Shown here: positions 9,674-17,431 of the stretch, in pieces
How positions within the stretch are numbered: the first letter of the stretch is position 1
Layout of the letters: the number at the start of each line of letters is the position of its first letter
Origin: a virus
Taxonomy: Duplodnaviria > Caudoviricetes
Length of the DNA stretch: 39,774 bases
IMG/VR virus record: IMGVR_UViG_3300017780_003276
Location: 1-39,774 of that record
Strand: one strand, 5' to 3'
Made by a program: the position numbers and the translations under genes
The notes under the pieces: generated by a model
What the model saw: the letters and a program-made list of their open reading frames with translations, nothing else
The model's database searches: none
What the model was told of the DNA's origin: nothing

Positions 9674-9988
9674 GTGCTAAGGAAAGCTAAATACAAACAA
9701 ATAGTAAAAGAGTGGAACGAAGCAAGTCGAAAAGATGTTTGGGATGCTATTAAAGATAATTTTATATTTGGTTTTATAGGAGCCACCTTAGTTGTTTTTA
9801 TTGCAACGAATATAGATATAGCAGTATTGGCTGGATATATTACCTATTATTTTATGATGGGTAAAATTGTTAACAGACCAAAATATGTTACAGATCTTGG
9901 AAAGAAAATAATGTTCCCTATATCATCAGCGTTAGGAGCATTTACAGGTTATAAATTAAGTTATCTATTAATACAATTAATTAAATAA
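9674..9988 (+). CDS. Hypothetical membrane protein
   Basis: 2-3 hydrophobic segments. Confidence 0.75.
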   Translation: MLRKAKYKQIVKEWNEASRKDVWDAIKDNFIFGFIGATLVVFIATNIDIAVLAGYITYYFMMGKIVNRPKYVTDLGKKIMFPISSALGAFTGYKLSYLLIQLIK

Positions 9989-9992
9989 GTTT

Positions 9993-10250
9993 ATGAAAGA
10001 TTATATTAAAATAGTTTTAGGATTAATAATAGTTGTAGTACTAATATGTAATACCTCTTATCAAAGAACACAGATACAGCTGTTAGAGTATACAACTACA
10101 AAACAACGTGCATTAATAGATTCTATATCATCAGAATTATTTATACAACACACGATTTTTGATCGATACGATATAGCATTAGAAATGCTAAAAGAGCAGA
10201 ATTACGAAGCTGCTAAGCAATTTGAAGATTGTCTAAGCAACGTAGAATAA
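9993..10250 (+). CDS. Hypothetical protein with N-terminal TM/signal
   Basis: Hydrophobic N-terminus; tight packing. Confidence 0.7.
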   Translation: MKDYIKIVLGLIIVVVLICNTSYQRTQIQLLEYTTTKQRALIDSISSELFIQHTIFDRYDIALEMLKEQNYEAAKQFEDCLSNVE

Positions 10251-10260
10251 ATCTTGATAG

Positions 10261-10873
10261 GAGAGGTACTTCATATCTTGATGGTTTTAATTTTTTAACA
10301 AAAAAAAACAAACATGAAAAAAGTAATATTATTATTAGCAGTATCATTAGCTGCATTCGCAAGCGTAAACGCACAGAAGAGTTCACAATTTGTAACTGGT
10401 ACTGTGTCTTACACAAAATCAACAGATATTAAAGCATCTTACAGCATCAACCCTTTAGTTGGTTATTTTATAACTAATAAAGTAGCAGTTGGTGTATTCG
10501 GATCATTTGGAGAAACAGCAACTGCAAAGACTGTAGGTGTAGGTATCTTTACAAGATGTCATTTTTTAACCATCGGTAAAAACTGCCAATTGTTCTCACA
10601 GCTAGACCTTGGTAGTAATTCAGAAAAAAAAGCAGGTGTAAAAGCATCTACAACTGGTGTTAACCTAGGATTAGGTGCTAATTACTCAATTACTAAGAAG
10701 TTAGGACTTACTATACACGTTGCTGATTTAATTTCATACAAAAGCAGCGATGGTAGTTCAACAACAACGATCGGATTTACAGGAATTACAAATCCATTTG
10801 CAGTAGCAAAGTTTGGAGTAATTTACACGTTTTAAGATATACAAAATTATTACAAGGACCTGAGGTACCTCTC
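10261..10873 (+). repeat. Inverted repeat pair flanking the beta-barrel gene (10261-10280 / 10853-10873)
   Basis: GAGAGGTACTTCA/TGAGGTACCTCTC 13 bp (one U.G) plus TCTTG/CAAGG 5 bp (one U.G). Confidence 0.75.
10314..10835 (+). CDS. Outer-membrane beta-barrel protein (small, probably 8-stranded)
   Basis: Signal peptide MKKVILLLAVSLAAFASVNA; alternating amphipathic strands; C-terminal GVIYTF aromatic motif. Confidence 0.82.
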   Translation: MKKVILLLAVSLAAFASVNAQKSSQFVTGTVSYTKSTDIKASYSINPLVGYFITNKVAVGVFGSFGETATAKTVGVGIFTRCHFLTIGKNCQLFSQLDLGSNSEKKAGVKASTTGVNLGLGANYSITKKLGLTIHVADLISYKSSDGSSTTTIGFTGITNPFAVAKFGVIYTF

Positions 10874-10884
10874 AGGTCTTTTTT
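10854..10884 (+). terminator. Intrinsic terminator
   Basis: GACCTGAG-GTACCT-CTCAGGTC followed by T6. Confidence 0.85.
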
Positions 10885-10943
10885 ATTGAACACCCAAAGA
10901 GTACAGACGAGTAGTAACTTTTATAAGATAATCAACAAAAAAG

Positions 10944-10975
10944 TTTGGTAATTCAAACCCTTTTTAGTACCTTTA
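10944..10975 (+). promoter_or_regulatory. Bacteroidota-type promoter (TTTG-N20-TACCTTTA) for denV
   Basis: Motif and 20-nt spacer; ATG 4 nt downstream. Confidence 0.7.
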
Positions 10976-10979
10976 CTTT

Positions 10980-11375
10980 ATGACAAGGATTAATATAGGT
11001 GTTCCACCAATTCAATTAGAGAGTAAACATTTAATAGCCGAGCATAGAGAGCTCAAACGAATACCAAACGTAGTAGGCAAAGGTCGCTACAATCTTAAAA
11101 ATGTACCACCACAGTTTACACTAGGAAAAGGCCACGTATCTTTTTTCTACGATAAACTAGGATATTTAAAGAAGAGGTATATAGAGTTATACGAGGAGTG
11201 TAAAAAGAGAGGATTTAATGTTCAAAGTTATATATCATCCTGGGATAATGTACCGCATAGTCTAATGAATGATTATACACCTACTGAGAGGGATATAGCT
11301 ATTGTTAAAGAGAGGATCGCAGATAGATTAGCTAATCCATTAGCAAAACAAAAGAAACAAATAAACACGATATAA
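10980..11375 (+). CDS. denV: Pyrimidine-dimer DNA glycosylase (T4 endonuclease V family)
   Basis: MTRIN N-terminus (catalytic Thr2), HLIAEHRELKRI, FTLGKGHVSFFYDKLGYL. Confidence 0.93.
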   Translation: MTRINIGVPPIQLESKHLIAEHRELKRIPNVVGKGRYNLKNVPPQFTLGKGHVSFFYDKLGYLKKRYIELYEECKKRGFNVQSYISSWDNVPHSLMNDYTPTERDIAIVKERIADRLANPLAKQKKQINTI

Positions 11376-11377
11376 AC

Positions 11378-11629
11378 ATGGCAAACATTTATTATTTTTC
11401 AACGGAATACTGTGGCCCCTGCAAAATGTTCAAACCAGTAGTACAAGAGGTAATGGGACAAACAGGTAGGTCAGTTCAGTTTATAGATGCACAACATAGT
11501 CCAGAGATGGCAGCAAAGTACAATGTATCATCAGTACCAACAATTATTATTGAAGATGGTCACAACGTAGTTAAACTAGTTGGACCTCAATCAAAAGCTA
11601 AATTAGTTGAATTATTTTCAAATATATAG
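11378..11629 (+). CDS. Thioredoxin-like protein
   Basis: YCGPCK active site, YNVSSVPT cis-Pro motif. Confidence 0.9.
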   Translation: MANIYYFSTEYCGPCKMFKPVVQEVMGQTGRSVQFIDAQHSPEMAAKYNVSSVPTIIIEDGHNVVKLVGPQSKAKLVELFSNI

Positions 11630-11654
11630 AAAAAAGTTGCTAAATAATTAGCAT

Positions 11655-11766
11655 ACAGGAGTGGCGGAAGCAGACAGGTCGACATAGTCTGCAAGTTAGA
11701 CGCTACCAGATGTGGTGGGCATAGGGAAACCGAGCCGTATCGGGGCAGATCCGATCTCCTGTACCA
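11655..11766 (+). ncRNA. Atypical tRNA-like RNA (class II fold, encoded CCA, no canonical anticodon loop)
   Basis: Acceptor ACAGGAG/CTCCTGT+A+CCA; Leu-like D arm GCGG..ACGC with inserted hairpin; T arm ATCGG-GGCAGAT-CCGAT; long variable arm with GAAA loop; GC-rich island. Confidence 0.8.
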
Positions 11767-12147
11767 AGTTACTGTTCTTTGACATAAAGGAGAAATAAAA
11801 CATGAATACACAATTAGCATTTGCTTTTGGTATGCTTGCGATGATTGCTATCGGTATGATGGTAGTGATTGTTGTAGGTATGGTAAAGGTGCACAGACAA
11901 GGAAACAAAATTATATCACTTGAAAAGTGGATTGATGATACAAACATATCTGCAGATCAAAACGTGCAGGTACTAGAACGAAGTATCTCAGAAGAAGTTC
12001 GATCATTACTGAATGAAATCACAGCAGTACACCAGCGAATTAGCGAAGTACACTCTATAATGGATTCACGATTCGATAAGTTCGAAGATAAAATAACAAA
12101 GAAACAAATTTTAAAAGACTAAAAAAATAGTCGAAGAACAGTAACTT
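11766..12147 (+). repeat. Inverted repeat pair flanking ORF 11802 (11766-11783 / 12130-12147)
   Basis: AAGTTACTGTTCTTTGAC pairs with GTCGAAGAACAGTAACTT: 18 contiguous bp, one U.G. Confidence 0.9.
11802..12122 (+). CDS. Single-TM coiled-coil hypothetical protein
   Basis: N-terminal hydrophobic helix then heptad-rich segment; SD-like AAAGGAG at 11786-11792. Confidence 0.8.
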   Translation: MNTQLAFAFGMLAMIAIGMMVVIVVGMVKVHRQGNKIISLEKWIDDTNISADQNVQVLERSISEEVRSLLNEITAVHQRISEVHSIMDSRFDKFEDKITKKQILKD

Positions 12148-12245
12148 TATATATTAAAAAATCATAATGAAATATTAGCCGAACTTACAAAAATTAAAAA
12201 GAAATAAAGAGAGTACTGTTATAATTAATAAACTAAAACAAAAAA

Positions 12246-12956
12246 ATGAAAAAAATCACACTCATAGTAGTAAGTCTACTAGCAGTTATATTATTTAGCT
12301 GTAACACAAAAACAAAAACTGAAACAGTGGAAGATATTAAATCTGATACAGCAGTTAAGATTCACCAAGGTTCCTTTGCCTTTTGTGGAGCATCAGGTGC
12401 AGTACCAACAGGTAAAAAAATAATTGTACAAGGAGTAAAGTATGATGAAGGTTGTGCTATTTGTCCTGTATTAACAGGACCATCTATTTCTAATTTAGTA
12501 ATGGAAGGGGTTAGTGGAACTTATGGAAAATTCAATGTAGGCGAAAACTTTCAAACTCCTGATGGGACTGGTAAAACAGTATGGTCTTGTTTTTGGTACT
12601 TTGATTCAACAACTACCGTACCTCAATTTAATCCAACAACTAAAGAGTGGGAATTACTACCACCTATAAATCGTTCATTTCTTGTAAACACTGACTCAGC
12701 AAGTACGAGTGAAAGTAATATGTTTGCGATGCCGGGTATTATATTCGATACAACATCTACCGGTATTGTGTTGGCTAGAGTATATGGACCACTTAATGAG
12801 GCTGCAGTTCCGTTACGTAAAGCAATCCCCGTTAAAACAGGAATGACATCCATTACCGCAGCTAAAGTTGGTTTTCCTTATCCCGTGGGAACACCTATAC
12901 CTATTATGAACTTAGGTAAAGAACTTAAGAAAAAAGAAAAATATAAAAAAGATTAA
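12246..12956 (+). CDS. Putative lipoprotein, unknown function
   Basis: MKK plus hydrophobic core plus LFSC lipobox-like motif; extra Cys (FCG, CAIC). Confidence 0.8.
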   Translation: MKKITLIVVSLLAVILFSCNTKTKTETVEDIKSDTAVKIHQGSFAFCGASGAVPTGKKIIVQGVKYDEGCAICPVLTGPSISNLVMEGVSGTYGKFNVGENFQTPDGTGKTVWSCFWYFDSTTTVPQFNPTTKEWELLPPINRSFLVNTDSASTSESNMFAMPGIIFDTTSTGIVLARVYGPLNEAAVPLRKAIPVKTGMTSITAAKVGFPYPVGTPIPIMNLGKELKKKEKYKKD

Positions 12957-13002
12957 TAATCAAATCTGATAAACTACAGCAATTAACTACTTAAAAATAA
13001 AA

Positions 13003-13032
13003 TCAGCCTAACTGTTGCTAGGCTGGTTTTTT
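13003..13032 (+). terminator. Intrinsic terminator overlapping the next promoter's -33 element
   Basis: TCAGCCTA-ACTGTTGC-TAGGCTGG then T6. Confidence 0.8.
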
Positions 13033-13045
13033 ATTCTTATTTTAA
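13015..13045 (+). promoter_or_regulatory. Bacteroidota-type promoter, weaker match (TTG-N20-TATTTTAA)
   Basis: Same spacing as the other four copies. Confidence 0.5.
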
Positions 13046-13057
13046 AAATAAAAGTAA

Positions 13058-13291
13058 ATGAACAACAACGAACAAGTTAAATTAAACATTTCATTAGACA
13101 AAACTCAGTCTATCATTTGTGAATCATGTAGTAACGATACCTTCAATCAGGTTTTATTTCTTCGTAAAGCAAGTAAATTCCTAACGGGAACAACTCAAGA
13201 TGCTTTAATGCCAATACCAACATTTGCATGCGTTAAGTGTGATCACGTTAATAAAGAATTTCAACCAGCAATTGAAGCACAACAAGACTAA
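13058..13291 (+). CDS. Small zinc-ribbon protein
   Basis: CESC...CVKC. Confidence 0.8.
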   Translation: MNNNEQVKLNISLDKTQSIICESCSNDTFNQVLFLRKASKFLTGTTQDALMPIPTFACVKCDHVNKEFQPAIEAQQD

Positions 13292-13297
13292 TACCCT

Positions 13298-13561
13298 ATG
13301 TCAAAAAACAGTGATTATGGTATAGTTGTAGATTACGATAAAGATAATAGCAGAACCGTACGTAAGACGGACTACGTGGTTGACTCTATCATTGATCAAT
13401 TCATTGATAGAGCCAGCTTTGGTAGAAGTAAGTATGGAGTTGGAATGGAAAGAGATGACCTCTCTATCCTAGAATGGATCGAACATGCTAAGCAGGAGCA
13501 TATGGATGCTATTCTGTATTTAGAAAAATTAAAAGTTATACTAGGTGGCAGAAAAAAATAA
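13298..13561 (+). CDS. Small all-helical protein, possible MazG-like nucleotide pyrophosphohydrolase
   Basis: GRSKYG...EWIEHAKQEHMDAILYL pattern. Confidence 0.55.
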   Translation: MSKNSDYGIVVDYDKDNSRTVRKTDYVVDSIIDQFIDRASFGRSKYGVGMERDDLSILEWIEHAKQEHMDAILYLEKLKVILGGRKK

Positions 13562-14417
13562 GTCAGTATCCTACTCACAGTACTCAATGTACAAGAACTG
13601 CAACTACCAGTGGTACCTCTCGTACGTAAAGAAGCTACAACCCTTCAAGCCTTCAATACATTTAATTTTCGGGACAGCCTTTCACGAAACACTACAGCAC
13701 TACATTCAGACTATGTTTGATAAGTCAGGTGCAGAAGCAGATAAGATACATCTACCGACCTACTTCAAAACTAAGCTGATAGAGCTATACCAATCTAATT
13801 CAGTACACGGACACTTTTCAACACCTGAGGAACTCACAGAGTTTAATGAAGATGCTATTGCAATACTAGATTTCTTCAAAAGAAAACGTAATCTATTCTT
13901 CACAAAGAAGAATACAAAACTGATAGGAATAGAATTACCAATCCTAGCACCCATCTTAGAAGGCATAGAGAACGTCAGTATGAAGGGCTTTATTGATTTG
14001 GTAACCTATAACAAGACGGTAGATAAGTACACGATATACGACATTAAAACATCTACTAGAGGCTGGTCTGATTACGAGAAGAAAGATCAAACCAAGATCA
14101 ACCAGATACTACTCTACAAAAGGTTCCTATCACTGAAGTTAAATATACCAGAAGAGAAGATAGATGTGCAGTTCTTTATCGTAAGAAGAAAGATAAACGA
14201 AGCTGCTGAGTTCGTACCTAAGAGAGTACAGGAGTTTATACCTGCAAATGGTACAAAGAAAGTAAATGATGCAGTAGAGGATATACAAGCATTTGTTAGA
14301 AATGTCTTTACACCCGTAGGAGAATACCAAGAAAAGGAGTATGTTAAGAGCATAGATAAGTGTAGGTTTTGTCCGTATAACGATAAGTTAGATCTATGCG
14401 ATAGAAAAGTTTCCTAA
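13545..14417 (+). CDS. PD-(D/E)XK Cas4/RecB-like nuclease with putative Fe-S cysteines
   Basis: SYSQ..C, FGTAFHE, GFIDLV, IYDIKT, QILLY, CRFCPY..C. Confidence 0.88.
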   Translation: MAEKNKSVSYSQYSMYKNCNYQWYLSYVKKLQPFKPSIHLIFGTAFHETLQHYIQTMFDKSGAEADKIHLPTYFKTKLIELYQSNSVHGHFSTPEELTEFNEDAIAILDFFKRKRNLFFTKKNTKLIGIELPILAPILEGIENVSMKGFIDLVTYNKTVDKYTIYDIKTSTRGWSDYEKKDQTKINQILLYKRFLSLKLNIPEEKIDVQFFIVRRKINEAAEFVPKRVQEFIPANGTKKVNDAVEDIQAFVRNVFTPVGEYQEKEYVKSIDKCRFCPYNDKLDLCDRKVS

Positions 14418-14443
14418 GGTATATAGCTTTTGTATATATCTAA

Positions 14444-14467
14444 CTATTTATTACTAAAACAGTAATA
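14444..14467 (+). promoter_or_regulatory. CTATTTATT motif overlapping a hairpin that reaches the start codon
   Basis: Motif 14444-14452; TATTACT(14449-14455)/AGTAATA(14461-14467). Confidence 0.55.
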
Positions 14468-14673
14468 TGAGAATAGGAAAAAAGGATGATATTCTAACAT
14501 CCGTAAGGGTTAGAGAGAAGTTGTTTGAAGATTTTAAACAAGCTTCTAATCTAAATAGGATTACGATGAGAAACCTACTTGAAAGATCAATGTTCCTATA
14601 TTTAACGGACGAATCTTTTAAAAAAACAATTAATAATCACTTAAATACACATTACACAGGTAATCAAGATTAA
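14467..14673 (+). CDS. Putative ribbon-helix-helix DNA-binding protein
   Basis: Strand LTSVRV then two helices (EKLFEDFKQ, MRNLLERSMFLY). Confidence 0.6.
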   Translation: MRIGKKDDILTSVRVREKLFEDFKQASNLNRITMRNLLERSMFLYLTDESFKKTINNHLNTHYTGNQD

Positions 14674-14684
14674 AAAGTTTACGA

Positions 14685-16127
14685 ATGAAAGAAGGTTATA
14701 TCAAAAAAGCAGATAGGAAAAAGATTCTATTACTATGTGACGACATTAGATTCACATCAGGAATCGCAACAATGGCAAAAGAAATTGTAATAGGCACAGC
14801 TCACCGCTACAATTGGATTAATTTAGGAGCAGCAATCCAACACCCAGAGCATGGGAAACGTTTAGATGTATGCATTGACACAAACCAGGTTACTGGTATT
14901 GATGACTCATCGGTGTTCATATACCCACATAATGGATATGGATCACCTGAGGTAATTAGACAGCTTATTGAGTTTGAAAAGCCAGACGCTATTATATTCT
15001 TTACTGATCCAAGATACTGGATTTGGTTATTTCAAATGGAGAATGAAATTAGGAAAAAAATACCTATGATCTATCTTAATATTTGGGATGACTTACCAGC
15101 ACCACTATATAATAAATCGTATTACGAATCTTGCGATGCTTTAATGGCAATCTCAAAACAAACGTGTAACATCAATAAGATGGTGTTGGGTAGTAAAGCT
15201 AAGGATAAGGTTATTAAATATGTGCCACACGGTATTAACGAAAAAATGTTCTTTCCAATTACAAAAGATAATGCAGAGGAGTTCACAAAACTGCAGGATA
15301 TGCGAAAATCCTTTTTTGGTGATGATCAACCTGAGTTTGTTGTAATGTATAATGCTAGAAACATTAGACGTAAGTGCACATCTGACTTAATAGCTGGATA
15401 TGCTCAGTTCTGTGATAAGATTGGAAAAGAAAAGGCTAAGAAGTGTACACTATTATTACATACGCAACCATTAGATGAGAATGGAACTGACCTACTAGCT
15501 GTAACGGAGTTGTTATGCGATCCGACCTATCAAAGAGTTGTATTCTCAAACAACAAGTTCTCTACCGCAGAGATGAATACCTTATATAATATGAGTGACG
15601 TTGTTACTCTGGTATCATCTAACGAAGGTTGGGGATTATCTTTAACAGAGGGTATGATGTGTGGTAAGATGATTATTGCAACTGTTACAGGTGGTATGCA
15701 AGATCAAATGAGATTTGAAGATGAGAACGGTAACTGGCTAGAGCTTACAGAAGAGCTTCCGTCGAACCATTTTGGAACTTATAAAAAACACGGAGACTGG
15801 GCTGTACCGGTATTCCCAACTAACATGAGTATAGTTGGATCAATACCAACACCTTATATATTTGACGATAGAGCTGATTTTAGAGATGTTGCTATCGCCA
15901 TTGAACAAGTCTACAACCTAACTCCAGAAGAAAGAGCCAAGAGAGGCACAAATGCACGTACATGGGTAACATCAGATGAAGCAATGCAATCAGCTAGATG
16001 GATGTCTAAAAATGTAATAGATACTATCGACACAACCTTAGCAACCTGGAAGCCTAGAAAATCATTTGAGCTTCTTAAAATAGAAAAATTATCAAGAAAA
16101 AAATTAGTACATCCACTTGTTTATTAA
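14685..16127 (+). CDS. Glycosyltransferase, GT-B fold (GT4-like)
   Basis: SGIATMA, YVPHGIN, RNIRRK, SNEGWGLSLTEGMMCG. Confidence 0.9.
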   Translation: MKEGYIKKADRKKILLLCDDIRFTSGIATMAKEIVIGTAHRYNWINLGAAIQHPEHGKRLDVCIDTNQVTGIDDSSVFIYPHNGYGSPEVIRQLIEFEKPDAIIFFTDPRYWIWLFQMENEIRKKIPMIYLNIWDDLPAPLYNKSYYESCDALMAISKQTCNINKMVLGSKAKDKVIKYVPHGINEKMFFPITKDNAEEFTKLQDMRKSFFGDDQPEFVVMYNARNIRRKCTSDLIAGYAQFCDKIGKEKAKKCTLLLHTQPLDENGTDLLAVTELLCDPTYQRVVFSNNKFSTAEMNTLYNMSDVVTLVSSNEGWGLSLTEGMMCGKMIIATVTGGMQDQMRFEDENGNWLELTEELPSNHFGTYKKHGDWAVPVFPTNMSIVGSIPTPYIFDDRADFRDVAIAIEQVYNLTPEERAKRGTNARTWVTSDEAMQSARWMSKNVIDTIDTTLATWKPRKSFELLKIEKLSRKKLVHPLVY

Positions 16128-16149
16128 TAAAAAATTAGTATAGTATAAT

Positions 16150-17427
16150 ATGAAACAGTTTTGCGTTATATCAGCACCACCAGATACGTATAGTGGATAC
16201 GGTGCAAGAAGTAGAGATTTTATTAAAGCTTTATATGAAGTTAAAAAAGATGAATGGGATATTGTAATTATACCACAAAGATGGGGTAGTACTAATTGGG
16301 GATTCATAGATAATAATATTGAAGAGTGGGGATGGATGAAAGCCTTATTCGTAACCCAACAGATTAAACAGCCTGATATATGGATTCAGATAACAGTACC
16401 TAATGAATTTCAGCCCGTAGGTAAAGTTAATATTGGAGTTACAGCAGGTATTGAAACAACCCTATGTGATCATAGTTGGATAGAAGGTGTTAATAGAATG
16501 AATGTTACATTAGTATCATCTAACCATGCCAAGATAGTATTTCAGAGTTCAACGTTTGATCAGAAGGATCAACAAGGCAATGTTGTTAGCAAATTAAAAT
16601 TAGAAAAACCCATTGAAGTTTTATTTGAGGGTGTTGATCTAAATAAGTATTTCTATATTGATGGTATGGAATTAGACGGTACAGATTTAGTACAGTCGTT
16701 AGATACAATAAGTGAAGAGTTCTGCTACCTGTTTGTTGGTCACTGGTTACAAGGTGAGCTTGGTCAGGATAGAAAGGATGTTGGTATGTTAATTAAAACA
16801 TTCTTAGAATCATTTAAAGGTAAGAAATCTAAACCGGGCCTTATTCTAAAAACATCATCAGCAACATCTTGTATAATGGATAGAGATGAAGTGTTAAAAA
16901 GAATAGATGCCATCAGAAGTATGGTAGGGGATAGTGATTTACCGAACATATATTTACTACACGGTGATTTAGAAGATGCTGATATTAATAATTTATACAA
17001 TCACCCAAAGGTAAAAGCCATGTTGTCATTTACTAAAGGTGAAGGTTACGGTAGACCACTTGCAGAGTTTTGCTTATCAAAAAAGCCAGTAATAGCGTCG
17101 GCATGGTCAGGACACATGGACTTTCTAAGCCCAGAGTTTACAGTACCGTTAGCAGGCGAAGTGAGACAACTACACCCATCAGCAGTCGTACAAAACATGC
17201 TTTTACCAGAATCAGGATGGTTTACAGTAGACTACAAAGCTGCGAGTAAAATACTAGTAGATATGTATGAAAATTATAGTAAGTATGAGGTAGGTGGTAA
17301 ACGACAAGGACATAAAATTAAGACAGAGTTTTCATATGATAACATGGTCTTGTTTCTAAAACAGTACACTGATAAGTATGTGCCTAAGCAAGTGCAACTT
17401 ATGTTACCTAAACTTAAAAAATTATAA
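16150..17427 (+). CDS. Glycosyltransferase, GT-B fold (GT4-like)
   Basis: SGYGARSR, DRKDVG, KGEGYGRPLAEF. Confidence 0.88.
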   Translation: MKQFCVISAPPDTYSGYGARSRDFIKALYEVKKDEWDIVIIPQRWGSTNWGFIDNNIEEWGWMKALFVTQQIKQPDIWIQITVPNEFQPVGKVNIGVTAGIETTLCDHSWIEGVNRMNVTLVSSNHAKIVFQSSTFDQKDQQGNVVSKLKLEKPIEVLFEGVDLNKYFYIDGMELDGTDLVQSLDTISEEFCYLFVGHWLQGELGQDRKDVGMLIKTFLESFKGKKSKPGLILKTSSATSCIMDRDEVLKRIDAIRSMVGDSDLPNIYLLHGDLEDADINNLYNHPKVKAMLSFTKGEGYGRPLAEFCLSKKPVIASAWSGHMDFLSPEFTVPLAGEVRQLHPSAVVQNMLLPESGWFTVDYKAASKILVDMYENYSKYEVGGKRQGHKIKTEFSYDNMVLFLKQYTDKYVPKQVQLMLPKLKKL

Positions 17428-17431
17428 CTAT

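Noticed and set aside
11631-11654. GTTGCTA -33-like element before the tRNA-like RNA
   Set aside because: No -7 element at the 20-nt spacing; only a short TGCTAA/TTAGCA palindrome.
11655-11766. Canonical tRNA-Leu/Ser/Sec or tmRNA call
   Set aside because: No 7-nt anticodon loop, no TTC in the T loop, no G3.U70, and too short for tmRNA.
6750-12147. Flanking inverted repeats as transposon/MITE ends or invertible-segment sites
   Set aside because: The three pairs are unrelated to each other, no transposase or recombinase and no target duplications are seen, and the mismatches are RNA-type U.G.
12150-12245. Coding-looking spacer before the lipoprotein gene
   Set aside because: Interrupted by stops with no identifiable parent gene; at most an unassignable relic.
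13545-14417. Cas4-like gene as part of a CRISPR-Cas system
   Set aside because: No array or other cas genes; solo Cas4-like nucleases are common in phages.
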